From Corallochytrium limacisporum Hawaii (Eukaryota; Protista; Pluriformea): DNA of 64,000 nt. A program made the translations under genes and the position numbers. Positions 47,701 to 56,403 of the stretch are shown here, one piece after another (the first letter of the stretch is position 1; every line of letters starts with the position of its first letter). Location of the stretch: positions 1-64,000 of the forward strand of contig PDIP01000036.1 in assembly GCA_002811645.1 (NCBI GenBank), written 5' to 3'. A model generated the notes under the pieces. It ran no database searches and was not told the DNA's origin. It saw nothing but the letters and a program-made list of their open reading frames with translations.

Positions 47701-50374
47701 TTTCATGGAAACGAGACTGGATACCTGGCGGTAAATTTGACTTCCCAGCATCTGTGGCAGGATTCATGCATCCAAAGATCCGGAAATCCCGATGACGCTT
47801 CAGGCGGCGACGGTTTCCCCGCTCGCTTAGTAGAATGGATCCACCAGCACCATCTAGGACTCCGTTCAAATAGTCAAGGGTCTCGGGCGGCGCAAGATTA
47901 ATCTCGTCCAACAGAAGCCAGTCACCCTTTTGCATGGCCTTCGCCAGGAAGCCTTCCTCGTACTTGAAAGAAAACTTTGCAGCCCCTTTCTCCAGCAAAT
48001 GCTTCATATCTTGCACTCGGCGATGCATTGTCTCCCATTGATTTCGCAGTACTTTGTGCTCCGTGGCCTGCTTCTTGGGCAGGCTGCCTTGATTACTCTC
48101 AGCGGAGGCTGACTTTGTGCCCAGAAAACGGCGACATATCTGATCCATCATTTTAAGAACCTGCTTCCATTTGCCCTTCGAGATACTCTTGTGTAAGATG
48201 CGCAGCCAATCTGAGTTTTGCTTCCTGCTATAAGTCTTGTCAAATAATTGCAAATAGTCATCGCACAATGGCTTCATTCGAGAACTCATGTCCATGGGTT
48301 TGTAGCCACCGATGAGCTCCGATGTGTCACTCTGCTGACTCATGTTTAAAACCACAAGGTTTCGTCCAAGGGCCTTGGCAAGGTACTGCAGAGCAGTTGT
48401 CTTGCCAACGCCAGTTTCACCGACCAAGAGAGCTGGTTCTGAAAACGTGGCAGCAACCAGAAGCTTTTCCAGCACCGTCTGTGTAGGCTGTGTGGCACTC
48501 AGATGGCGCAACCGCGAGACGCGATCCTGGAACTCCATTTCGGAGTCAGAGCTGCGGCAGTATCCGCGGCCGACTTGAATTCCCAAACTTTTGATCACAG
48601 TAGTCGGGCGTCGTTCTTGGAGCAAGAACTCAGCTTTACGTTTATCCATTCCAAAGATGCTCATCAGCAGCTGCAGGAAGCCACTTGTCATCTTCAGATT
48701 CTGCTCCATACAGCTGCCGTAAACGTCAATGAACTCCAGAACGGCATTGTCCGTCTGACATAGCTCATGAAAGGATTGAAATTTGAGGAGTACTTCCAAG
48801 CGCTGAGCCCATCGACAGAGTTCATGAGCGCTCACCAATTTCAGACGCCCCGTTCCAGGTGCCGTCGGGCTGTGAATCCATTCCATCACATTCTGGTGGG
48901 CTCTAATGAGACCTTCGGCAACATCAGCAACAAATTCGTATGGTTCACACATGAGTATCTGCACGAGATCTGGAGCTGTAGGACCGTCAAAAGTCATAGC
49001 ATGAAAAGAGGAGCGCAGCAGTTGAACGTCAACACCTGCACGTCGACTATGCCCCTTCATGGTAGTCGTGGTTGTCGCTATCATCCTGAAGCTTGGAGGT
49101 GCCCTCAACATTTCGTTTCTGCCCGGAATGTGCAGAATACCAGCCTCGGCAAGCGGCATCAGCACTGCCAAGACCTCACTGTTGGCACAGTCCACATCCT
49201 CCAGCATAATAACCCGTCCGCTCATGACTGCATCTGTCAAAGGCCCTGCTCTCCATTGGAAGTCACCTAGTGTCTCGTGTGCGGCATAGGTTCCCAACAG
49301 GCTCTTGCTATCCATTTCAGGTGACAGGTGAAGACAGGTGTAGTCGCTCGCGCCCACAGTCGCCAGTAGGTGCCTGATCAACAGGCTTTTTCCCGACGCC
49401 GCTTGACCTTCAACCAGCACACTGCGTTCACATCCAAATGCAATGGCAAGAGCGGCCAGGTTCTTCTCGAATGATGGTGTTCGAACCACGGCACTGAGTG
49501 AATCCGTGATGTTTCCTGCGCCAGTCCGCTTTTCTAGTGGAACACCGCTCACTGATGTTGTTCGCTTCCCATAAACTCTGTACTGAGCATCAATAAAGCC
49601 CTGCTCAACTGCAAACCCGTTACCGCTCACCCTGGTCAAGTTTGAAGCTGCGATGGGTGTGATTGACACCAGGTGTGACTGCACGAAATCGTTGTCGTCA
49701 TAGAGTTCGTCCCTGGTGTGCAAACTCTCCCCCAATTGGGCAAGTTCCTGTCCCACGATTCTCCGTAAGAGCAATGTCAACAACTGGCGGATGTCTCCTC
49801 GCTCCTCGACCTTCAACCAATCCACAAGAGTCTCCACACTCCAGCAGTCACGGACCGATGCCAGGTCGTACACGGAAATTGCGAGTGCGGCCGAAAGTGC
49901 CTGGGCAGCTGGGAAAGCATCCCACTGTGGCTTGCAAAATGCGTATGGGGGACGTCTCTCCCTAACACACGCGTGGATCAAGTGCCCAATGCTGGTATCA
50001 CAGGACACCAGGCGAGCAAAGATCATGTGCTCAGCCACGAAAATGAACTCATCTTCGAGAGATCGAGTGTCCAAAGTCTCGATCCTGGTCATATCGTCCA
50101 AAATATCTTCAAGTAGCAAGGGTAGAGCAAACGCAAGGTGCGCACAAAATCGTTGCAGACCCAGTTCTGTTAATACTACCAAGGGGCGAATAAATGGCCT
50201 CACGGTCTCCCACCAGTGCTCAGGTGGGACATTCCAAGTGCGCTCATGGCGTAACATACCCAGGCTATCTTCAATCATCTGTCTATCTTTGCCAGATAGT
50301 CCGACCACCTGGGTGGCGGCCCACTCTTTGGCGCTTACATCTGTAGCCACAAATTTTGCGTGTGGCCCCGCCAT
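35765..50374 (-). CDS. MDN1: Midasin (Rea1) AAA-ATPase
   Basis: 4869 aa; tandem AAA modules (GQAASGKS, GETGVGKT, GPTSSGKT, GETGCGKT, GDPGVGKT); long linker; D/E-rich region; vWA domain (LQGDYRTGKRLNMRRIIPFIAS..RKDKIWLRRTKPSKR, DDTQS). Confidence 0.99.
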   Translation of the reverse strand: MAGPHAKFVATDVSAKEWAATQVVGLSGKDRQMIEDSLGMLRHERTWNVPPEHWWETVRPFIRPLVVLTELGLQRFCAHLAFALPLLLEDILDDMTRIETLDTRSLEDEFIFVAEHMIFARLVSCDTSIGHLIHACVRERRPPYAFCKPQWDAFPAAQALSAALAISVYDLASVRDCWSVETLVDWLKVEERGDIRQLLTLLLRRIVGQELAQLGESLHTRDELYDDNDFVQSHLVSITPIAASNLTRVSGNGFAVEQGFIDAQYRVYGKRTTSVSGVPLEKRTGAGNITDSLSAVVRTPSFEKNLAALAIAFGCERSVLVEGQAASGKSLLIRHLLATVGASDYTCLHLSPEMDSKSLLGTYAAHETLGDFQWRAGPLTDAVMSGRVIMLEDVDCANSEVLAVLMPLAEAGILHIPGRNEMLRAPPSFRMIATTTTTMKGHSRRAGVDVQLLRSSFHAMTFDGPTAPDLVQILMCEPYEFVADVAEGLIRAHQNVMEWIHSPTAPGTGRLKLVSAHELCRWAQRLEVLLKFQSFHELCQTDNAVLEFIDVYGSCMEQNLKMTSGFLQLLMSIFGMDKRKAEFLLQERRPTTVIKSLGIQVGRGYCRSSDSEMEFQDRVSRLRHLSATQPTQTVLEKLLVAATFSEPALLVGETGVGKTTALQYLAKALGRNLVVLNMSQQSDTSELIGGYKPMDMSSRMKPLCDDYLQLFDKTYSRKQNSDWLRILHKSISKGKWKQVLKMMDQICRRFLGTKSASAESNQGSLPKKQATEHKVLRNQWETMHRRVQDMKHLLEKGAAKFSFKYEEGFLAKAMQKGDWLLLDEINLAPPETLDYLNGVLDGAGGSILLSERGNRRRLKRHRDFRIFGCMNPATDAGKSNLPPGIQSRFHEIYVDEVTTEQDLSTLVHEQLCALGISQRPLATALTKFYLEIRNLATEGIIIDGAGERPHYSLRSLCRAIETSGYIKSLDSQPFGRLIEGFCLMFESNLDEDSRNTVHKRLVDAFVNGGIDGSVLKLSSGLSAPEGYKNVKGFNLKCGVVVNPLQETFVTTPTVSRNLQNLARAVAPHRYPVLLQGPTSSGKTSIISFLSGLVNQGIIRINNHEHTEISEYLGQYGPSPVDGSLVWLNGALVKAVENGYWLILDELNLAPSDVLEALNRLLDDNHELVIPETQKILKPHPNFMLFATQNPVGMYGGRKRLSRAFRNRFVELHFGDIPGMDLRNIIERRCSIPPSVSEKLVATMKDLEALRDSSQIFAGKEGFITLRDLFRWGYRQKGFFDNLANDGFMLLGERCRRPEDRGTVRDIIRKHTKEVTLKYDFEDDLIVKLHNFARTFVNSDGKQPYAKIVWTSHFRRLCILIHRAFENKEAILLVGETGCGKTTVVQLIMDFYGSELRILNCHQNTETSDIIGGFRPVRSAETRIRSLIDGILKLTLEHGIEVPRDLAVDDAEHFLRQMTQETGSQLPPVCQEALMELDKAMRTEKQIFTWVDGPLVDCMRRGHCFLLDEISLADDSVLERINSVFETDRALWLYEKTSDEDPVLYPKPEFLLAATMNPGDDFGKKELSPALRNRLTEVWAPAVTDRNDLQAIAATHLGDLYGDLSKKVAYAIIDFLQWFTAELSGRFVMSVRDVISWAKFMTKLARNQESQGFQASHFIEAASFCCLDALEMLLPIGLDRNDHRSDDTRQSCLVFIDELLKRHKLVSCDSMVLSAADDFTIDIREGYVHSGLYRFPQAPGTTVDINKLDFDVQAAGKNIHRLIRSMQMSRSILMEGDPGVGKTSTAVALGKVTGNTVVRLNLSEQTDIMDLFGADMPNEELVGPRFQWRDGPFLTALKEGHWVILDEINLASQSVLEGLNACLDHRAEVYIPELDLTFPCHSNFRIFACQNPASQGAGRKVLPKSFMNRFGKVYVAAMDKMSAHAIAMRPLRLLQQAGDDDGHLPSEAEMSAIIDLNDKLTTALRGTVGSPWEFNIRDVERYISLRSCIESTGKTAHNSVYRQHAISTLYGSRLRTPQDRRLVMELNEGYADGAEQWVRDPDWVFNVTHDHVSYGPFVLQRGQEGRQSRLSFAPMSRHLKWLSKVVFTGIVMKLPILLAENGNGNAMGVLRYVADLCGRKVLQLPMNASVDASELLGSYEQYDLNRHVKTVITDFRQALMCAGQDLVLVMRYLERLRQIREMKNIRAVVANLWKLYEACASWPWSEYQAGTQIFAGVQRQLERIRSEMDNVTQGHFVWVDSMLTQAVKDGSWIVIQNANLCNTATLDRLNALLEPNGQLTIPEKGSTKNGVPLVERHPDFRIFLTVDVTRGELSRAVRNRCLEVFLDEFDVEPLELLSPYMTGTNYTVLRTRNTEGESDMSASRATRVTNDISHWVRNESEDLVCGVPFLDAVLPGSADYVFAHSLQMRRTLHALSVLPLYLRSHSTEQKLVQMLNVSAAQWFTPDGDVDLRQLKIYMMGHFSGSMLGNPRSVAENVYRMVLSPVQYQGLCDALRYWKQKNGDYLTQSYDYVRHLITTLGRRHSELKGPLDHMGNASDLMTIYEALVDVLPSEIEGSKLREFPDFLFGLEALATDVLQPGKNLHTVPLILRELKASPLAVASLNSRDSMVWNYQLRRECLAYRHKETLAAIEKIISDHLELASAHEISNEEDVATHSLAFQFAHVDTFDKAVALISGTFVREYDGKEYEMNVTAKQMSMALNQYLEHFGSLRKQTMADIDIHTLPYVREGFHKETGIRLSFAHAIAKYSRYQGAKRFLALQDPDELDLETVKTAFRGGNTEAYDPAMILPYVYMQDLLWRKEAIMNGTDPTGVIDVEAVSYFRRFYHQQSVDVLQAAPAFALWLMQAFQYQDALGIYAAVEQATFLNYGRLEHIMSLKTMLMNTDISSATLCTKEMRVLTKAAESWIEAYQSMGDAEDLTGLVTDCHQKDSHDISDVADLMFEFGLLKSKHAVRLPMVDPLEATRFQTAYNEAILRSLQRLKQSHVVMHNLSDLPKTSDELNWKQIEDGLSSRMEAAQNARAVDGTRGKWTGHYKALLRIVHRCDQLFRASVKAKSATPREHMVWQASMEQVCLEILRNFFAYPDLIFPILDAAQMLRIGAFLSMCRIRGGDITDGFSVFRPFSDADEDLLYVYTKTLSSSTGIMHNLLTSAALSANLQFGLKFLEPVSGQFSSDLSDCSKQLSESAPVNVAGQAILSSGTTDHVLEEVDELADILFGVASSEEADVDAEETSKMMQKAAAAAKPDVATCFLFALVLASSSVDPLQRKDDCHTLHEITQRYLRRLKAEGLRETLKMHTSEILPLDLDNRVIEIVQRGLQSLWYDICDNDDTRAACLEVMDRSLGFLATNRRPRQSYRQNAATLDSILRPLYQHLQQTLQDLSEQTYVLHILEIIRRLQKQTLYTPRMQVVYVLEKLLFALEQWEKYTHAQISVQNYINKVANLIVEWRDQEIGQWPAMLTEQYAAIACPKPEVLGHFYNVLVNPVADESKAKEVPLFVEYFVTSAAVGAFGARIGYIRQLLTLRELVAPARGELMKPAFILKAEAIVRHYSVFEALVRSEVEAVLQDTRQELKKLKQLSNWKTANFWSLRQSGLRLRRPIAREVRKFKECLLVPFKDRLAAWRKDDVVAKHPISRGGLYGDNHLFTTSYSLAIHGIKLQVVMHLKEIQDMDNRCSDIKDEERRVKAWRANKQYKAGMLSKLLKGLRQQKLRYRSPGELESLPQLQAWTPELHHLASNTVKDNHSEVMLNAWRANETDLQTNRVLFLKLVQTWRTGAHQDVLTVSEKMLGYSKSLCAAGQILQNVSLLLIPVIAHMQLDTQHHAEGCSAVLPVESGFQEAARSLRGLMSNLSHTVNERGQNPLSMISSLAQTMQDSVLNEKALTDLHHLATEIQGNIYKVKSEEDDIKFGELDLNLLVSLVQKASGQCTSENLEPMQDDTASSAESDSVKIFTNIIHGIQSTLFFVNDFTRIFLVLASDLFERGYCMPADVAEQLQAEDQMQQGTGMGDGDTSGAKDVADEIEDEEQVMGLKGDEDKQEDQQQQEEMDWDKDTGKEMNNDFDGETFDYEPESDEDEDDLNSEDHEQMMADAMDDMNDAIDEEQRADKGEEEEGEENAAESNQTRKAPDQQQEDEEEEIGARLDDSESKRDGDKDGPEQEQKKDDMEKTEEAEKAAEENDVQDMPELVEENLKTKTDGEQEEAKDEEEGSEDGNDAEPDADEGEEAKDGKDNQDDDDPAGEVDGQADSDKAEEQDLMDVDQADHMDEDDDDADDEGPKDYDDDGDPRNDQKIGEAEEDEDNDGEEDDDGPGRSLENPLEAAAAPAEVPDFHGRDQAPRVDEEEIEHGFDQNNQRSNDMMLDDMEAGGTGGGKGTGGNEDMSGQIQQQQQQSEGMQNSAKQPNPYRDRAKHQMHWANEVKAQDSAANEQQDLTALKDESADPDQQYEFTQGQDSEDEDAVGVRAAATDEQMRESKMTAQENEQKADQHAMENERIEGDQTQEIPESAPTKGREHDEDTDQKSKGKDSLAFDETEDKMDEDEEEKMGISEEDEKKAQEEASFVSKAKHLDALDSHASRMKEETEEQEVIALKDDQTEHWADIEQRVTYAAFHLTELLRSILQPTLAARLQGDYRTGKRLNMRRIIPFIASNYRKDKIWLRRTKPSKRTYQVILAMDDTQSMNDSASVQMAYESLIMLATAMSRLEVGGISIVKYGEDINILHPFGGLPFASHNHGDAVLSELTFEQKESNMHRLLHALPRIFEDAGTSTRINERLVFIISDGHISDPTRVRYLARQAQAEGVMLLLIIIDSQGKENPMDGILGREQISFVNGRINRSRLIDSMPFPYYILLRDIKHLPDVLSAALRQWIEQSLG

Positions 50375-51173
50375 GTTTCTTTAATTCTCTATGTGTTCGA
50401 TCTGGCTGTTCACGTGTTCATTCTGACTTTCTTGGGGATCCTAATGAGTTTCGAACAGAAACGTATCAGAAGACTCGCACTCCTAGAATAGGCTTCCAAG
50501 TTTTTGCGTAACCTCTAGTTAGTAACTACCTGCTACATTTTGCTTCCTGGTGGTCACATTCCTCCCACCCAGCAAGATATACGAAGCAATGAGTCTCGTA
50601 TGGTTTGAGGCCCCTCCGTGGACCTCATGCGGCCCTCCGAGCTCCCCCACCCGCCCCTCCCTCGGTTAACGGTGTGCGAAGGGAGAGTGCGGGCTTCGTT
50701 CACTCGCCTGATACTCTCACCGGGGCACCAGTGCGCCGCGCTGTTCACCAGAGCGCAGTGTCCCCACCCTCCCTCCCTTGGGCAGGGAGGTCAAACCCGC
50801 TACCCCCAGTCTGCACGCAGTCGGGCGGGTGTCTCTCGTCACCTATACTGAATGGCCCGGACTTTGCATCAACCGGATGACTCAGTACATTCAGTACCGG
50901 ACTGGGCTCTGCAAAGTACCCTTTTTCAGTACTGAAAGTACTAGCTCGACGCCAGTCCCTGCGGACTTTGATTCAAATATGTCGTTGAATCGGGATCAGC
51001 GCGCGCCAAAAGATGGGTGAGTAGGTTTTCGGGGCAGGGTGCCGGTAGTGGCCCCCCCAGGGCTTCGGTGGGCTGCCCATTGGGAACACCAGTACGGTGT
51101 GTGGATCGTGGTTCTTCAGGAAGCAGGTCATATTCCTAGACAATACAAAAATGTCGCCCTGAAGATGATAATC

Positions 51174-51227
51174 GTAAGTAGAAATGAATGTGGGCCTAAC
51201 AGAGAGGATAAATGCTGTTGTTTACAG
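51174..51227 (+). other. Possible 54-nt 5' leader intron of the coiled-coil gene
   Basis: GTAAGT donor; CCTAAC branch at 51195-51200; tgttgtttaCAG acceptor ending 24 nt before ATG 51252. Confidence 0.45.
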
Positions 51228-51251
51228 CAGCAGGCAGCTAGGTGAGTCGCC

Positions 51252-54200
51252 ATGAGTAACAAAGCAGATACCCCGGGCCCGGGCAGTCCTGGGAGGGGAG
51301 AATCAGGGTTCTATGATACTCCTGAAGCAGATGAGGAGCTGGTCATGATCGGTCGGGCCAACTCCATGGTGGCTATGCGGGATGAGCAAGCGGAAAGTGA
51401 CTCATTTGGTCGGCGAACCCCTTCAATAGTGGTATCGCAGGAGGGACCAGAAACAAGTTCGAAGGCTAGCTCCGGGGGACCGGCAGACACACAAAGGGAA
51501 TCCGTAGATATTGAGGATCACACATTGCAGCAAAGGTATAGAAAAGTAAAACAGGCCCTCAGAAAAGCCGTCGAACAAAATCAGCAGCTGGTTGAGCGCC
51601 TGAATGAGACGGAATCGAGGATTCAGATGCAGTCAGAGAGACTTGCCAGAGAACGTGCCACGACAGCCGCAGACAGGGATAAACTCATTTTTGACCTCGA
51701 GATCAAGAACCAGGAGCTCGAGGACAAGCTTAGCAAGCTGCAGAATGATTTGGATTCGAAAAAGGTTGAAAGTTCGAATATGGAAAGTATCCATGTAGGA
51801 ACAGACAAAGATATGCACAGTCTGGTAGCCGAAATTGGTGCGCTAAAGTCACAATTAGAGGATGCCCTCAGGGAGGTCGATGAGTTTAACGAGGAAAGGA
51901 AACAGTGGACAAAGGATAGGGAACAACTGAAGAAGGAAGGAGACTTACTGGAAGAGGAGCGTGATGTACTCGTTCGGGAGCTCCAAGAATTGAAAGAAAA
52001 GCTTGCAAACGCCCAGCAGAGAGAGAAAAGCGAGCCCGAAGAACTTGAACAGGTGCAGGCACTGAATGACATGCTACGCGACGAGCTGCACGCCTTGCAA
52101 AAAGCGCATGAGCAGCTTAACAAGAAGTTTAATGCTGCGAAAGTCGCCCTCGAGCAACAAATCGATTATGCTTTGAGGGCACAGGAGATCAAGACTGGAC
52201 CGGAGCAGGCTAAGATTGGACTAGAGAATCTACAAATAGCCAACCAAGAGGCCTTGCTCGAGGATGAGGCCTTCCCTGGAGAGCCAGATCTCGATCTGGG
52301 TAAATCTTTGGCAACAGCAGCGCCCGACACCGATGCAGCCCTTGGACAACCGAACCATGCAGGCGAGGAGATGCGCCGACGCAAGAAGCGGACACTTGCG
52401 GAGACAAACTACAGACGCTCTGCATCTATTTCACCCCGGCGCTCGGGCATGGTCGCCCGTGCGGATAGTCTGCCATTTAGCAGTCGATACATGGTGCCTC
52501 CGCGCGTCGATGACTACATGGTAATTGAGGAACTTGAGGGAGAAGATGCGGTGGTGCCCGAGCGGGAGAGCCAGCCCAGTCCTGACCCAGATCATCGCAG
52601 GCCCCGGTATTACGGTGCCCTCATGGACTCACCCGCGCGGAAACGGCCGTCAAGTGCCCTTGCCGCCGTGTCCCAGAATCCTCCGGGCGGTCGCAACCGT
52701 TCCAGTTCCGGGGATGATCCAAACGACAGCCCGGTCAAGATGCGGCGGGCAAGTACGGCGCCCAATACCCCCCAACGCCACACTGGTAGCAGTCAGCTTT
52801 CAATGCGGAGCGCTGTCAGACGTCTCGACTTCATCCCAGAGTCCAAGTCACCAACCTTGTCGCCCGTGAAGCAGGACATGTCGAATATCTTGCCTTTGGA
52901 CGTAGAAAATCTGCCGGAAGAGCCGGCTAAGGCCACACTGAAGCTGCGCCGTGACTACGTCCTGCTCCGCGCATCCTACATGGCTCTGGTGAGAGAACGC
53001 AATGAGTTGCAGTCTAAGGCCGAAGATCTGACGAAGACACTGGACAGACAGCAGAGAAGAACAGTAAGCGAATCCTACATCATTCGCACAATTACCAATA
53101 TGGAGGAGCAAAATCGCCAACAGACACGCGATCTCAAGGCCCATGCAAATCGATTGGAGGTTCTGCGTCATCAGCTGGAAGAAAACTTCCGCCAGATTAC
53201 CAGTGCTGAGGAGACAAGGCATGTTCAGTACGCGCGTCTGCGTGCAGAGACAGAGCGCGTGACCCTGGACCTGGGCCTTGCCCGGGCAAAGTTCGAGAAG
53301 AATCCATCGTTTGCGGCACGGGCACTGGGCACTCAACCACCTCCTTCGAGTGATCGGACGCCGGCGGGAGCCCTGGTCACCATGCTTGGGGACCCCGTCA
53401 TTGAGGCCGCGCTGCAGGCCCTCCAGCTGCAATCGGGCACTTCGCAGCGGTTGAAAGCGGTTGATGCTCTTGTCAAACGCCTGGAGTCCAAGGCTGGTGA
53501 TCCGGTGGATCCGTACCTGAGGCAGTTGATCCTCGCCCTCGGCCGGCAGGCCCTTGAATTCGCTAAACAGCCCCGGGCCATCACTGTGACATCAACAAAG
53601 GAAATCCAAAGACTTCGGAGTGAACTACAAACCATGAACGCGCAGCAACAGGCCGTATTCAGACGAGCGGAAGAGATCATGTCTTCGAAGATGCGAACAG
53701 TGATCAAACACAAGGTTGACCTGCTGAATGCGCTATTCTATGAGGCCGTGGCCGACACTACTGCTCCGGCGGGACTCAAGAAGGAGGTGGTGCTTCCAGC
53801 CGCGTATGAGTTCGATGGCACTGTTCAGTCTGCCATGTACGCCACTGGCTCCGCAGAGATCCTAGCAGCAGTCAATGCTTTCCTCTCCAGAGTACGTCAG
53901 ATGGCGGCCGAATCCAACACTGTCGATGGAAATCAGTCCCCCAATACAATCGAAGCCGAGAACGCGCGCCTCAAGACTGTACTCCAGCATGTCAATGGTC
54001 GCATTAACGAACTGTGCCAGCGCATGCGCGAGCAGGTAGACCAGTGGGAGGCAGAGAGAGGTGAGTATTTGGAGCTCATTGCCGTCAAGGATCGCGAACT
54101 ACACTCACTGCGACAGACTGTGACCAAATTGGCACAAATTCCAGGTTCTGGCTATGTCGTCTCAGGTGACGGGGAGCAAACGATCACCGACAGTGGATTT

Positions 54201-54386
54201 GACCAGGATAGTGGGTCCCGATTTTCGAAAGTCCTCAGGGAATTTGAGGGGCTGAAGGCAGATTCCATGCTTGCGCTGAACAGTGTCGGTATCTCCAGCA
54301 CCGTGGAGGACACTGCCGCCAGAGGCATCAGCGGTCCAGCGGTGGACGAGACCTTGGAAGAGGCCTTGCTGGGCGGCAAGGAGTAG
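51252..54386 (+). CDS. Large coiled-coil protein of unknown function (1044 aa)
   Basis: Long ORF with heptad-rich E/K/Q/L segments separated by an S/P/R-rich disordered linker; no catalytic motif recognised. Confidence 0.9.
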   Translation: MSNKADTPGPGSPGRGESGFYDTPEADEELVMIGRANSMVAMRDEQAESDSFGRRTPSIVVSQEGPETSSKASSGGPADTQRESVDIEDHTLQQRYRKVKQALRKAVEQNQQLVERLNETESRIQMQSERLARERATTAADRDKLIFDLEIKNQELEDKLSKLQNDLDSKKVESSNMESIHVGTDKDMHSLVAEIGALKSQLEDALREVDEFNEERKQWTKDREQLKKEGDLLEEERDVLVRELQELKEKLANAQQREKSEPEELEQVQALNDMLRDELHALQKAHEQLNKKFNAAKVALEQQIDYALRAQEIKTGPEQAKIGLENLQIANQEALLEDEAFPGEPDLDLGKSLATAAPDTDAALGQPNHAGEEMRRRKKRTLAETNYRRSASISPRRSGMVARADSLPFSSRYMVPPRVDDYMVIEELEGEDAVVPERESQPSPDPDHRRPRYYGALMDSPARKRPSSALAAVSQNPPGGRNRSSSGDDPNDSPVKMRRASTAPNTPQRHTGSSQLSMRSAVRRLDFIPESKSPTLSPVKQDMSNILPLDVENLPEEPAKATLKLRRDYVLLRASYMALVRERNELQSKAEDLTKTLDRQQRRTVSESYIIRTITNMEEQNRQQTRDLKAHANRLEVLRHQLEENFRQITSAEETRHVQYARLRAETERVTLDLGLARAKFEKNPSFAARALGTQPPPSSDRTPAGALVTMLGDPVIEAALQALQLQSGTSQRLKAVDALVKRLESKAGDPVDPYLRQLILALGRQALEFAKQPRAITVTSTKEIQRLRSELQTMNAQQQAVFRRAEEIMSSKMRTVIKHKVDLLNALFYEAVADTTAPAGLKKEVVLPAAYEFDGTVQSAMYATGSAEILAAVNAFLSRVRQMAAESNTVDGNQSPNTIEAENARLKTVLQHVNGRINELCQRMREQVDQWEAERGEYLELIAVKDRELHSLRQTVTKLAQIPGSGYVVSGDGEQTITDSGFDQDSGSRFSKVLREFEGLKADSMLALNSVGISSTVEDTAARGISGPAVDETLEEALLGGKE

Positions 54387-56244
54387 ACAGACAAGGCAAT
54401 AAAGAAAGAAACGATCCGATCATCTTGTTGTAAGTATGTTGCCCGCGACCGCGAAAGGGGTAGCAACGCGGGAATGGGATGCTGTTGTATGCCGCAGTGT
54501 ACATGCTATCGGGCGTATCAGTATGGGCCTTGTCGTCCGACATCATCTCCGCATCTTGAACAAGTAGGCTTTGCTGTCGGCGCGTGCACGAAGGGGTAAG
54601 CCTCCGGTGTCTGAAGCACCGTGCCCCGCCTCTAGGGAGCTGGGTGCCCGACTCAGGTGTTGGGGTGGGGGGAAGGCTGGACGGGAAACAAGGGGGGGTT
54701 GAGGGGTGAGCAGGGGGACTTTGACGGGATGATATCACGCGCATGGAATTCCATCCCGTGCATTTTGATGCAGTTCAACGCAATGAGTTTGGACGGGCTC
54801 GCCTAACTTGAGCATCTGTTGTACCTAAACCTTTACTTCGCACACAAGCACAGACTGAACTTGTTTACCCCATCAACCAGGACCGTCTGTGTTCATCCTC
54901 AGTCCCGCTCATCTGATGCGATGATTGGTGATTGTGCTTTTCCTCTGGGCCAAGCATCTTGGACTCTGCACACAAGTGCCACATCAGACATGCAGGAAGC
55001 ATGCAGTAGCAGCGATCCTTTCGTTATGCTTCATCTCTTACTCTCATCCACGATCAAAACCAACGCCACACACAGTCATTCATGGACTGCCCCCGTAGCC
55101 TGCACCATCCCTTCCCTCTTCGCCACCATGGAGGGGTTGGGAGGGAGGGGTAGTATTGCCGCTGGCGTTGTTCACTTGGCCCACCCAACTCTTGTGCCTA
55201 TATCAGAGCACCCAAACTCGAACGACACGGATCTCCCATCAGAACCCTGCCAGTCGTGAAACCTTCCCCTAATTCTCAGTGGATTTCAAGGCAGTTAGAA
55301 AATTTTGGATCCATCGACACTCTTAAGGAATCACACCCTTTGCACTGTGCCCAGTCGAAATAGCCCGCTACCTCACATGGGGGGTGGGGGCCCACGCACT
55401 GTTCACTGGGAACCTAAGACCCAAATTTCTAACTATGTCTTCGAGCTCGCGCCAAAATATATTATCCTATATTCACTACTAAAAATGAAGCGGCGGAATT
55501 TGAGTCTGTCGGCAAGGCAGTTGTGGCGTCTGAGGCACCGGTGAAGTTACAAACATGTGCACAATGTTCTGGCAAATGCTATGAAGGCAAAATCGCTACA
55601 GCATGCACGAGACCTAGCGAACCCAGGGTATACAGGAGAAGTGCCTATGTAGTTTGGTAAATGGGTATCCTGAATTTCCAACCCGCTGCATGTCCGAACA
55701 GTTCATGCCCCTGTGCACCAAAGTAGACGGGGCAGGGGATACACAACTGTACTGTGGAGGTGTGTGGTATCTGTTTGATAATGACGACAAACCCATCGGG
55801 GACTAGAAACAGCTGGGTCCCAAGACCAGACCAGTAAGAGACATGTGATTGACAGCCTCAAAGTCTAGTCTGCACCTAGCGGTGTGTGCCTGCACATACA
55901 CACTCACATCTGAATGGGACACGTCTGCATGTCCATTCGTATATCGCTAATGCGTCGTAACCTGATGAGAAAATAGTGTTTCCGCTTTGATGCAGTGCTG
56001 TCAGGTGGAGCAATTTGTACGGCACCACCGGGGACGATGGCAACTGAACCACAGGAACCCAAGCTTCCGCGATCCAGGTCTCGCGCCCAAAGGCTCCGCC
56101 GTAACATCACATCCCCTTGTGCCAAAACTGCCCCAAACACTCATGCAGACAAGACCACCCACCACCCGCCGTTTTCACCCGCTGCTGCCACATTCAGCCC
56201 TCCTTGAGAGCAATCCACGTTCTCCCTCCCCGGGGGAGGGGGGG

Positions 56245-56403
56245 GGGGGCGCCCCAAAGGGAGCTCCCTCCCTCNNNNNNNNNNNNNNNNNNNNNNNNNN
56301 NNNNNNNNNNNNNNNNNNNNNNNNNNNNNNNNNNNNNNNNNNNNNNNNNNNNNNNNNNNNNNNNNNNNNGATCTGGGGCGCCCCAAAGGGAGCTCCCTCC
56401 CTC
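56245..56403. other. Assembly gap (N 56275-56369) flanked by a duplicated ~29-nt sequence
   Basis: ggggcgccccaaagggagctccctccctc occurs on both sides of the Ns. Confidence 0.85.

Noticed and set aside
54590-54725. Minus-strand AAAGTCCCCC and GGAGGCTTA as RNase MRP P4 halves
   Set aside because: Mismatch in P4, short spacing and no other conserved regions seen.
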